From assembly GCA_026770705.1 (NCBI GenBank), contig JANJGN010000002.1:186620001-186684000 (forward strand): DNA of 64,000 nucleotides. Reading direction: 5' to 3'. The notes under the pieces were generated by a model. That model was given only the letters and a program-made list of their open reading frames with translations. It did not search any database and was not told the DNA's origin. Below are positions 26,536 to 37,900 of the stretch, piece after piece. The stretch's first letter is position 1, and every line of letters starts with the position of its first letter. The stretch is from Isurus oxyrinchus (taxonomy: Eukaryota). The position numbers and the translations under genes were made by a program.

Positions 26536-29500
26536 AGATACTGGTACAGAGGAGACTTGAGCTGCCATATAACTCCAACAGAAACTCAGGATTTTCATAT
26601 CTAACTGCATGTGGACAGTCACTGGAACTCGCTGACCGATTTACACTTTTAGCCTCATTTCCACAGGAAAACCCATCCCAACATGTATTAAATTTGCCAT
26701 GTCCAGTGGAGTTTGTTGAAAATTAATTGTGGACATCTTGTGGATGGCAGCGCGACTGGTATTTTGATATTAAAGGTGACACCACCACAGTGATAACTCA
26801 GAAATAAAGCTTTGATTCTGTAATCTGATAATCATATTCAACAAATTGCTCAAAGTATTTGCCAAAAATAGTTTTCGGGCACTGCTTTTACCCCGAGCCA
26901 CAGAAATTTCTAGTGTCCATAACGAGGGTTTAAAATCAGCTAAAACTTTACATTTGACAAGAGTGCTGATTAAGTTTTTCCAAAGGTCTTTATGGAGTTG
27001 AATGCTTTCAATAAATTTTACTTGAAGGCCTCAGTCTCTCCCAAAAGCCTAGGCTTGAACTTGATATTTTTGTTCAGATTTTTGTAATCTGGGCATGCAT
27101 CTCCCTGGGACACATCATTAGCACCAATCAGCTCTACTGATGGGTTACATTGTGTTAGCTTTTCATTTTCTGTCCAGTAGTTTTCTTCAAATAATTTTGA
27201 AAAACAAAAACTTTTCTTGTCATTTAAACTTTTGATCAATGTAGTGCTGGAGGTGTCAAAGAGAGGGGAGGGTGCAACCAATTTTAGTGCTCTCTCACCC
27301 CACAATCCCCATCTACCTCCTCCCCTCCAGATATAATTATCCCCCTGCTGTCTCACCCTGCTTATTCTAAACACCAAATACTGTATTTGGTCTTGACCTC
27401 CAATGGTATTTCTTACAGGAAGTCAGTAAAGCAAAGCATTTTATGTTCAACCCTGCAAGCCAAAACTAAACAATAGTTACTTAAAAAAACAGATGACAGC
27501 AGTTTTACTGTCAACAATCCAGAATTTGCAAAGGGAATACAATATCAACATTTATATAGCTTTAGCAGTGACTGCAAATTATTTCATTTTTATTATTCTT
27601 TGTTTAAAAACTATCAGGACATTTTAAGGGAGAGTGGTGGGGGGGAGGGGGGGAGGAGAATAGCCTGAGGTGTAGCCCACAACTCTACAGTTGGAAATAG
27701 TAGATGTTTATCAAAAAAACTGATCAATAAGGAAAGACTGGTAGAGTTAAGTTTTGTTTTGAGGAAGATTTGTAGGATTGCATGTTTCCAGCTGGAGTAA
27801 AACCAGAAATACACTGACCAGAGCAGTGCAGAGGAGAAAGAAAAAAACAAGTTGTGACAGTAAAGTTGATGGCCAAGGGTAAAAAATACAAAACCTGATT
27901 CTTGCAGGACCTGTGACGCTTCTGGGCAAGAATGAATCTGCTTGTACGTGAGTCTAAACTTCAAATGGGACTGTGTTTTGGGCACTTTAGCTGAGTCACT
28001 ATTTCATGCAACCATACAGGTAATTGTTCTAGTTAGCTAACCTAACAATAATGTGCGGTTATTGACATCTCTTTTCCTACAAAAAGTGAACAGAAGCCAG
28101 GCAAACTTTACTTTCTCTATAGATTTGGATGTCAAGACTGTATGCACATTCAACCAAGGTCTAAAATTCTATCAAGTCTATAGCTTTTAAACACTGAACA
28201 CAATGGGTGTGCTGAATTTAATAGGAGCACTCTTCGAAATACATAAAGTCCAGAGCATCACAACTCAAACACTGGATTCTTGTTGCCATATTAGAGGTTG
28301 CAAAGCATATAGCACATTTCTTTAGAAAGATGTTGCATCATAGAATTAAAATTTCTATTTTTAATGAAAAATTAAGTGAATTCACCCAGATTTTGCAGCT
28401 AAATCATGGCGAGGCTATTAGTGCTCAAAGAGTAACTCGGCAACTTCTGGTATTCACACGTGCACATCTAAACACAGAAATCAGGAAGTTACTTTCTTGA
28501 TTTACCCAGCTCTTCCTTAAGCTTCGCTCCACTACCACCTCACCGAGAGACTGCATCCAAAGATATGAAGGGCATGAAGTTACGGTGGTTACCCACTACA
28601 TACTCATTAGACATGCTAGAAAAAGTTTGGGCCAATCAATTCAGGTAAAGTGAATTTCTAATGGTGAAATAAGTTTTAATTACTGCCCAACAACCTTTCT
28701 GGCACAGAAAATTAAGTGTGGAGTCTCATTCTGTCAAATTTTAACCATTTTAAAGGTTATTTTCTTTATCAATTGCCTCTCTTGCCTCTCTCTTTTTCAA
28801 TTTATGTATATGATTTGACATTGAATATCCAACTTGTGCTTCCTGGTTTAGACTCAGTAATGATTCTTAAATCTGATTGGCTGAAGAGAAACACGCTGTT
28901 GCTTGCCCTGCTCACACAGATCTTCTCTTGAGAAGGGTGCAGTGCTGTTTAACTGATAACTGAAAATTGTAAAGGCTCACAGAAATTCTGTGGATAAATC
29001 TACACAAAATGTCCAGCAAGTGTCATTCCTTTACTACTACTATGGTAACTGCACAATCCAGGCCAATGTGATTACGTACCACAGAGTACAGCATGAAACA
29101 CTTGGCATTGTCTTCTAAAACATGGGATAGGATTGACATTTCAGTTCACCAATAACTAATTCACAAAGACAACTTTTTTAAACATTATTCAACCTGCAAA
29201 CAGAAGGTTTGGCAACACACCTTAAAAAGTCACATGGACTACCCCTATCCAGAAAACTTTATCTTGTAAATTCCCTTAACAAGGAATGAAGGATTAAATT
29301 CACATGAATGTTTCAGCCCAAGATGAGCAATTGCAGCATGTAGCTACATGGCTGAGAATAATTTTGGCACAAAGTCAACTTTTATATAAGTGAATTTCTT
29401 TTCAAATTAGTGAAAGAGAAGTAATGTGTTGTCTCATTCTTCTGTTAAGGTGGTACTTTAGATACAAAGATAAAAAAGAAAAATATTACTTCAAAGGCCA

Positions 29501-30279
29501 TATGATAAAACTCATTGAGTAGCTATTGAGCAATACACCACTGGATCTAAAGTCTCTCTCAAAAGTGAGTCCCAAAATAACTCAACCAACCAGAAACAAT
29601 TCCATTAATTTGAGAGATAACATTCAGAGCTAACTTGATTAGGCAAAAAGTTCATACCAAAAATGTTAAATTAATTGCAAAAAATGGTTAAGGCAATTAA
29701 ATACAAGCATTAAAGTTCAATTAAATCTTTGTGATGTTTTCATTGTAATCACATTCATCTAACTTGGGATTAATTAGTAACTAAACATAGTTGCCACATT
29801 AGGAAATTTAGGATACAGAGTAAATTATCTTTGGCATTATATATTTTAAAATCTCTGCAGAATCCATTATGTGAAGCAGCTTTAGAACAATAACTTGCAT
29901 TTATGTAGTCTTTAACATATTCAAAGAGGCATTATCAAACAAAATTTGGCATTAAGCCACGTAATGAGATCTTATTATAGATGTGGTAGGTTACAAGATG
30001 ACTTATTAGGAGGAAAGAGGTAGACAGGTGAAGAGATTAAGTGCTTACAGCTAAGAAAGTTGAAGGGGCAGGGTCACCACTGGTGGAGCAATGAAAATTG
30101 TGGTTGCAAAATAGACCAGAATTGAAGGAGCACAGATGAGAATTGTAGGGCTGGATAAGGTTACTGAGATAGCCAAGGTCATGGGGGGATTTGAAAATAG
30201 GCCAGAAAACTCTCAAATCGAAGTGTTGCAGGAGCCAATGTGCACAGAAGTGTTCGATGAACAGGAATTGGTGAGTTTT

Positions 30280-31290
30280 TAAAATTCCACATAGGGTGTG
30301 AATGCTGCTGGGAAGGCCAGCATTTATTGCCCGTACCTAATTGCCCTTGCCAGGGGGTGGGGAGAAAGAAGTGGTGGTAAGTCACCTTCAACTGCTACAA
30401 TCCATATGGTGTTAGGGTTCCAGGATTTTGACCCAGCAACAGTGAAGGAACGGCAATATAGTTCCAAGTCAGGATGCTGTGTGGCTTGGAGGGGAACTTG
30501 CAGGTGGTGGTGGTGGTGTTCCCAGTCATCTGCTGCCATTGTCCTTCTAGGTGGTAGAGGTCATGGTTTAGAAGGTGCTGTCTAAGGAGTCTTGGCAAGC
30601 TACTGCACTGCATCTTTTAGATGGTGTACACAGCTGTGAATGTATCAGTGGAGCAGGAAGTGAATGTTTGAGGCAGTGGATGAGGTGATCAAGGTGTTTT
30701 CCCTTTGGTGTGGAGCTTCTTGTATTGTTGGAGCATCACTAGGCCAGGCAACTGGAGTGTGTGTCACACTCCTGAGTTGTGCTTTGTAGATGGTGGATCG
30801 GCTTTGGGGAGTCAGGAGAGGAGTTATTTGTCATAAAATTTTCAGCCCTATTTGCTCTTGTAACTACAATATTTATATGATCAGCCCAGTTCAGTTTCTG
30901 ATCATGGCAACTCCCAGGATGTTGATAATGGGGGATTTAGTTATGGGAACACCACTGAACGTCCTGGGGTGATAGTCAGGTTATCTCTTGTTGGAGACTG
31001 TCATTGCCTGATATGTGTTGTGCAAATGATACTTGCCTGAATTATTGACTAGGTCTTGCTGCATGCAGGCAGGGGCTGCTTCAGAGTCTGAGGAGTTGGA
31101 ATGATGCTGAACACTATGCAATTATCAGCAAACTTCCCCGCTACTGATCTTATGATGGAGCAAAGCTCTTTATAAAGCAGAAGATGGTCAGACCTCAGAC
31201 TCTACTTCTGCAGCAATGTCCTGGGCTGAGATGATTGATCACCAACCACCACAGCCATCTTCCTTTATGATAGGTATGACTACAGCCAGT
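30280..31290 (-). mobile_element. CR1-type LINE 3' fragment
   Basis: Antisense RT and tail of the same family as 60660-62812. Confidence 0.8.
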
Positions 31291-31674
31291 GGACTTTGAC
31301 TTTTTGTGCACCCTCCTCCACTCTGTTAGTCCCACTATTGACGATTGTTCCTTCTTTGCTTCCCTGAAGATATGGAAGGGGTTACTAGGTCAGATGGCAA
31401 GCTCTATAATCCACCCAGACTGACAGCGAAGACAAAAAAATACAGCACATCTTGATCAGGGGACTCCTCTATACTCATGATTCCACACTCGTCATCACAC
31501 AGAAACTCAAGAATTGTCTTTCCCATGCCTGTAACTTGCACTCCATTATGTTGAGCGTCAAGAAAACCGTGGTTATGGGATAGGGTGTCACAGCTCTGTC
31601 CTTGCTCACACTGAATTACACCCTCTTTGAAGTGGTTAGCAAATTCTGTCATGGTGACAGTCTTTTTAAAAAAT

Positions 31675-33045
31675 ATATATATTCGTTCATGAGATGCAGG
31701 CAGTGGTTAGGCCAGCATTTATTGACATCCCTCGAGGTAGCGGTGAGCCCTCTTTCTTCGACCGCTGCAGTTCCTGTGGTATCATGCACATCCACAGTGC
31801 TGTAAGGAAGGGAGTTCCAGGATTTTGATCCAGTGACAGTGAAGGAAAGGTGATATAGTTCCATGTCAGGATGGTGATAAAGTTTTGGAGATGAACCTGC
31901 AAATGATTCTCCTTGGCCCAACCATCTTCAGCTGCTTTATCAATAACCTTCCTTCCATCATAAGGTCAGAAGTGGAGATGTTCACTGATGATTGCACAAT
32001 GCCCAGCACCATTCACAACTCCTCAGATACTGAAGCAGTCCATGTCCAATTGCAGCAAGACCTGGACAATATCCAGCCTTGGGCTGACAAGTGGCAAGTA
32101 ATGTTCGCGCCACACAAGTGTCAATCAATGACCATCTCCAGAGAGAATCTAATCATCGCCCCTTGACATTCAATGGCATTAACGTTGCTGAATCCCCCAC
32201 TATCAACATCCTGGGAGTTACCACTGACCAGAAACTGAACTGAAGTAGCCACAGTATTTATATGGGTAGAACAGCAGGTCAGGGCTAGAAATCCTGTGGC
32301 ATGTAACTCACCTCCTGACTCCTCAAAGCCTGTCCATCATCTACAAGGCACAAATCAGGAGTGTGATTGAAAACTCTCCATTTGCCTGCAGCTCCAAACA
32401 CACAAGGAGCTTGACACTGTCCAGGACAAAGCAGCCCGCTTGATTGGCACCACATCCACAAACATTCACTCCCTCCATCAGCGACACACAGTAGCAGCAG
32501 CGTGTACCATCTACAAGAAGCACTGCACGAATTCACCAAGGCTCCTTAGACAGCATCTTCCAAACACACGACCACTACCATCTAGAAGGACAAGGGCAAC
32601 ACATAGATGGGAACGCCACCACCTGGAAGTTCCCCTCTGAGTCACACGCCATCCTAACTATTGCCCTTCCTTCACTGTTGCTGGATCAAAATCCTGAAGC
32701 TCCCTTCCTAACAGCACTGTGGGTGTACCTACACCATATGGATTGCAGCAGTTCAAGAAGACAGCTCACCACCACCTTCTCAAGGGCAAATAAGAATGGG
32801 CAATATATGCAGGCCCAGCCAGTGAAGCCCACATTTTGTGAATGAATAAAAAAAATTTCCACATGTCTGCTGTACTTGAGCTTTGAAGTGATACAAGTCA
32901 TGGGTTTAGAAGGTGCTGTTGAAATAGCCTCGGTGCATCTTGTGGATGGTTTGCAGTGCTGTCACTGTGTGTCAGTGGAGGAGGGCGTGAATGTTTCAGG
33001 TGGTGGATCGGATGCCAATCAAGCATTATGCTTTGTCCTGGTCAA
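31675..33045. mobile_element. CR1-type LINE cluster: inverted tail (31675-31903, -), RT to tail (31905-32855, +), fragment (32885-33045, -)
   Basis: ORF 31885..32166 has LGPTIFSCFINNLPS...FTDD; family tail at 32780-32855 and its reverse complement at 31680-31900. Confidence 0.82.
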
Positions 33046-33128
33046 CACCATCCTTTTGCCTCTTGATGTAGAACTTGATACGCACACAGGGAGAGCAGCT
33101 ACCACCTTTGGCAAACTCATGAATCATG

Positions 33129-34001
33129 TGCCAGGAAAATATAACCGTCATAAAGTTATTGGAATTTATTGTGAAGTAGAGTAATAGTGGTCTGTGTCCA
33201 TGTCTGTGTGTATGATTTAACTGAATTAAAGGCAGCTGGACTGATGGTCTTGATGTGCCAGAAAATAAATCTAGGTTTGAAATGTAACCTAGATAAACAT
33301 GGGGGGAGGTTTTAGAATGTAAGAGCTAAAGGGAATATTTGCATTTTAAATAAACCAATCTAGCTTGAATTCAAAGAGAGGGAGTGAAATATTACACCTA
33401 GCCAGGAAAAATTAAGAAACAGTGTGTTTATTTTTCCCAAAGATTTTTGGTAAAATTGGTACTATGAGAGATTATCAGAGGTAATGTCCAAAGACATAAT
33501 GAAACAATGGGAATTTGCATTCAAAGGGGAAAATATGTATAAAGGATCGAAAGCTGTGTGCAAGGTTAGACATTTTAAGATCGAACAAGTGTGAAAAGCC
33601 TTCAGAATCTACACCTCAAGCTGCTATCTACAACAAACTGAAGTTAAGAAAACTCACTTTGAATTGGATTGTTCATCGTATCATGTTTCTTTGACTCTTA
33701 AAATCTGTACGTCTTACTGTTGTCTTAAAAATGTAACTGGGAGTTAGATTAATTCAGGGATTTAGAAGTTATCATTGTAGTAATTTGTAATCTATGTATG
33801 TATTTAAAATAATTTCATCTATTAATAAATGTTTAATTTAGTTTTGTAAGAAACCTATAAGAATTGGTGGCCTTATTACTATTGAATTCAAGGCACGCAT
33901 CTCAAAGTTTACACAAATTGTGAAACAAGTTGTGGCAGTTGTTTCAAGTTTCCTTCTGGAATTTGAGCAGCACAGCATTTACCACCAGCTGTGTCAAGAC
34001 A
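33129..34001 (+). mobile_element. Solo LTR inserted in the RTE LINE
   Basis: TG...ACA termini; TATAAA at ~33538 and AATAAA at ~33824; TSD tcatg/ttgtg; homologous to 928-1994. Confidence 0.8.
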
Positions 34002-34213
34002 TTGTGCTTAGAATATAATCAAGTTGATTCTTAGGACCAAGATGCTGGTTTCTGAGGCTAGTGTTCTCAGCACTTTGTTGTATGGCTGTGAAACATGGAC
34101 GAGTTGCAGTTATCAAAAAAGGACGCTCAACAACTTTCATCTTCACTGCTTGTGGCACATTCTGGGAATGATAAAATCACAAATAGGGCAGCTCTCTCAG
34201 TGAAACATCTTTT

Positions 34214-34383
34214 AAGCAATTCTACCACTGAAACTCTTATTGTCAATATTTTTACTTAAAGTAATGTAATTAATTTTAAACATTTGAAGACAAATGACTA
34301 AACTTAACCCATTAACATGAACTTGGGCTTTTCTTTGTGAAGAAAATGAGAAGCTGACTGGGATTTTAGAAAGAAGGATGACA
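34214..34383 (+). repeat. Copy 1 of a local ~170-bp direct duplication
   Basis: Near-identical to 37740-37900 apart from a 9-bp indel and a few substitutions. Confidence 0.95.
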
Positions 34384-35449
34384 AGCACTTCTCAGAGGCA
34401 ACTTCGCTGTCTCGGGCACATTCACAGGACAGAAGATGGATGCATATCCAAGGATTTTCTGTACTGCATAGTAGCCTGAGCCAGAAGACCAGCAGAATGC
34501 TCAAAGCTCCATTTCATGGCTGCTTGCAAGCATGACATGAAGACCCCAAACACGGATTCTTACAGCAGCAGACATAAGCTGACAGAGAAATTGCAACATC
34601 ACCAGTATGCACCACCATGACAATCAATGGCTACAGCAGTTTAGCAATAGGCACCAACACCATCAATCCACAATAATATCTGATAACCACTCTGCATATG
34701 GGTCCTGTGACAGAACCTGTCTCACAGATTAGTCTCATCAGAAGTGCTGTATATGAAGCCCCAGCCCCAATGTATTTGCTGCATGTCTATCATCTTACAC
34801 AGGTGGAACAGTCTTCAAGCCCCACACTGGGCTTTCATCCCTAAATGTTGCCAACTCTCTGTTCTTTAAATCAAACCTCAAAGTTTCTGATCACTACTTC
34901 TAAATAGCTCTATTTTTATCCAAACATCCACTTTGTGAACACACTTCTGTGAAAGTCCTTAGTTGCTTTTCAACAATAAAAACTGTTACAAAGATGCAAG
35001 GTGTTGTGAAAATAATTACACTATATTTCGAAAGTGAATCTCTTGCATCTCCTTTGGCAAGTCAATTATCAAGATATAAATGAAATTGCAGATTATTCCA
35101 ACTTAGAGATCTAAAAACTAGTAATCAAATGTACAAAAAATGTATTTAACCTCCTTGTAAATCATCCACGATTATTTTTCCATAAAAACTTGCCAAGCAA
35201 ATTAGCCAGAACTCTAGAAATGATCCTAGTTCTACAAAATTGTAGATTAGGTTGTAGCACCAAACGGTGTAAAAGTAAACCCTACGAATGTATTTGAAAT
35301 TCTGGAAGTAAGGCGTTGGTGCATTTTGTTTTCGAGATTTCATTAGCCATACCGTCTGTCCCCTTAAGACGACATATCTCACCTAGTGCAAACTTAAAAA
35401 CTCCAAGGGACTGGAGTTCTTTGTGACATAAGTTTAAAAGGCAGAAATG

Positions 35450-36200
35450 AGGGCTTCGATCGCCTCCCGGTCTATTAAAAGCCAGCGGTGGGTTTACATG
35501 CGCGAATGGTCAATGCTGAGCTGCTGCACACACCCAGGTTTGTTCATACACATTGGGACAAATACTTCCGTAAGTTGCGTCTCCTTTTAAAACTCCCTGA
35601 AACCCTCAGGTCTTGACCGACCGCTTCATATGAATGGTGCCCGTGGGGCGGTGGCTGCCCAGGGGCAGGTGATTGCCGGCACCCCGCGAGATGTCGGAGC
35701 CCCTCAGCCCGCGGCCCAGGCTGCCTTGGGCGGATACCTTCCCAGCGAGTGCCGGGACGGGGACGGGGACGGCGGCGGTGCCACCGATCAGACCCCGGAA
35801 CCAGCAACGCAGACGGTGACAAGAACTCACCCACACGCATTCGGGCTTTAAAACCACCACCAAAGCCTCGGCTCTCGGTGACTCAGTCACCGCGCTTCCT
35901 TCCGACTCTCCTCACCGACAAGACGGAAACCTAGCTCGACCGGAAACTCCTCGAATTTTCGTCAAACAGCGCCGGGGATTCCGCGCGGAGGTTGCTGGGA
36001 GTCGTAGTTCTGGACGGTAACTGCGCCTGCGCCGGGGGAAACGGTGCGGGGAAAAAGACCTACAAGATCCAGTGTGCACCGCGGCCCAAACGTCATCGAC
36101 ATCCCACATGATTGACGCTGAGGCCAACGAATAGGAAACTTGGAATGTCCAAGGCTGTGAGAGAGGGGCGGTTCTATAGCTTGAGGCGTTTTGCAGCAAC
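35450..36200. promoter_or_regulatory. CpG island / bidirectional promoter shared by PDCD10 and SERPINI1
   Basis: Strongest CpG-dense, GC-rich stretch in the window, lying between divergent genes. Contains ZNF143 SBS-like motifs (35991-36010 minus; 36059-36079 plus), NRF1-like TGCGCCTGCGC (36022-36032), ETS-like CGGAA cores (~35924, ~35941), AP-1 TGACTCA (35879-35885), a CRE half-site (36090-36095) and a GC box (~36164-36170). Confidence 0.88.
35831..35950 (-). other. PDCD10: Probable non-coding first exon of PDCD10 (5' end approximate)
   Basis: Inside the CpG island; minus-strand donor G|gtgagt at 35831|35830 and an alternative G|gtgagg at 35916|35915. TSS is not directly observable. Confidence 0.55.
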
Positions 36201-36249
36201 TCCAGCCACAGAGGGTTTGCTGCTACCTGGAGAGGAAGAAGAGTTGCAG
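36185..36249 (+). other. SERPINI1: Probable non-coding first exon of SERPINI1 (5' end approximate)
   Basis: Directly downstream of the promoter motifs and ends at CAG|gtataa (36249|36250). Vertebrate SERPINI1 has a non-coding exon 1 followed by a long intron 1. Confidence 0.45.
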
Positions 36250-37739
36250 GTATAATTGTTCAGTGTCTCGTTTAATCCAGCCCAGTGAGATCTAATTGAA
36301 GTTAAATAATTGGAAATCTCAGTTGGAAACCTCAAAAACACAGGCCCGCATTCCCCTGTTCTTTGATGTGGTAAAAGAAAATGTGACAAGTGAGGTCTTG
36401 GCACTGTTTCTTAAGCGGAGGAGACAAGTGTGGCTGCTTTGTATCTTGCTGGATTTCAGCACTGTTAATGGAAATCTATTACTCACCCAGGAGTGGGGGC
36501 TGAAGGAAGTGGCATTAGAAAGTTGTAAGTGCTGCTCAGTTAGAGCTGATTGGCTGTGGGGGTTAGTTTCTGTATTGTAAGCTATTGATAATCATCAATG
36601 TCGGCATCGCTCGGCATTATTCCGAGTTATTTATATCAGGTCGTGTTCCCGTCGCTTTGTATTGGACTTGCCCACAGGCAAGCTCTAGCTTGTTGACACC
36701 TGGTTGTTTCTTGCTTAATTTTATTACTCCACTTATTTCATTTTTGTGAATGAATTCAAAAAGCCAACCTGATTAGCAAATTAGGTGGAAAAGGTTTGCG
36801 AGCGGATTGAAATCTCTATCGACCGCCCACCAGCTTTCATTTAAACAAAACCCATTGTTCGAAATGAATGTTAGTGAAATGTTGCAATATTTCACCGTTA
36901 TCTTCTTTCCTTTAGTAATTTTGCATCTTTTGATTATCAGATGAGAATACCTCAAATGAAAACATTACCAGAAAATATATCTACCTAGATTACATTTTTA
37001 TAAATCTACTTTAGCTGCAAAATGTTGCTTTTTCTATTTCTCCCTACCTACACGACATTGATTTTCTTTAGTGTATGACAAAATCAAATGTCTGGAGAAA
37101 TTAATTACATGGTGCAATTATTTGATTTCTTGCCATCTTACGTTTTTTCTTGCAGGAAAATTTTCCACATGGAGGAGTACAGTGACATAACTGGTTTATG
37201 TTATAGGGTACTGAATGCGTTTACTGATGTTACACCTATGTAAAAGCATGTTAAATGTTTTGTACCCCTTCAAAATAGTATTTTGAAATTAATGACAAAA
37301 TTGTAGTTATTTTAAGTATCTGAAATGAAATGTTTTAGTCGAGTCATTGTATGGTTGAGATCACAATTCTTTCCTCTTAGTAATTCACACAGTGCATTAA
37401 GTCCTGCTGCTCGTGCTGTTCTTGTGCATTCCTTTGCAGCATGAATAATTTTGTTTTATATCGCCCATTTCACTGCTTAATCATCTAGCCTTGGATTGAT
37501 ATCTCCCCTCTATCCACGAAGGTTGAGAACTTGACATTCGAAAATAAAAAATGTGTGCCTGGCATTCTGCAACATTGTATCAACTAGAAAAAAGAATTAC
37601 CACAAAATCCAGGGTGTTAGTCACACTGTAGAAGTGCCATCCGTGATTTTCACACCGTTTGACTAGTCAGGAACATCGTTCTCACCAGTCTCCTTGTTAC
37701 CTGCTGTCAAATTAATAATTAATACCATGCCACACTTTA

Positions 37740-37900
37740 AAGCAATTCTACCACTGAAACTCTTACTGTCAATATTTTTACTTAAAGTAATGTAATTAAT
37801 TTTAAGACAAATGACTAAACTTAATCCATTAATATGAACTTGGGCTGTTCTTTGTGAAGAAAATGAGAAGCTGACTGGGATTTTAGAAAGAAGGATGACA
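37740..37900 (+). repeat. Copy 2 (probable source) of the local duplication
   Basis: Near-identical to 34214-34383. Confidence 0.95.

Larger units (their letters stand above)
31380..34810 (+). mobile_element. RTE-clade LINE remnant hosting nested insertions
   Basis: TRSDGKLYNPPRLTAKTK (~31385), AATTFGKL (~33095), VLSTLLYGCETW (~34062), FHLHCLWHILG and IHRTEDGCISKDFLY (~34420) are collinear RTE RT/C-terminal motifs. Confidence 0.75.

Noticed and set aside
35497-35502. CATGCG as the equivalent of the non-canonical Myc E-box I recall being reported for the human promoter
   Set aside because: A single hexamer lying in predicted PDCD10 intron 1, outside the intergenic core; positional orthology cannot be shown from this sequence.
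35544-36199. Several overlapping ORFs in the CpG island as small proteins
   Set aside because: Expected from stop-codon scarcity in GC-rich DNA; low-complexity R/P/G translations with no recognisable domain.
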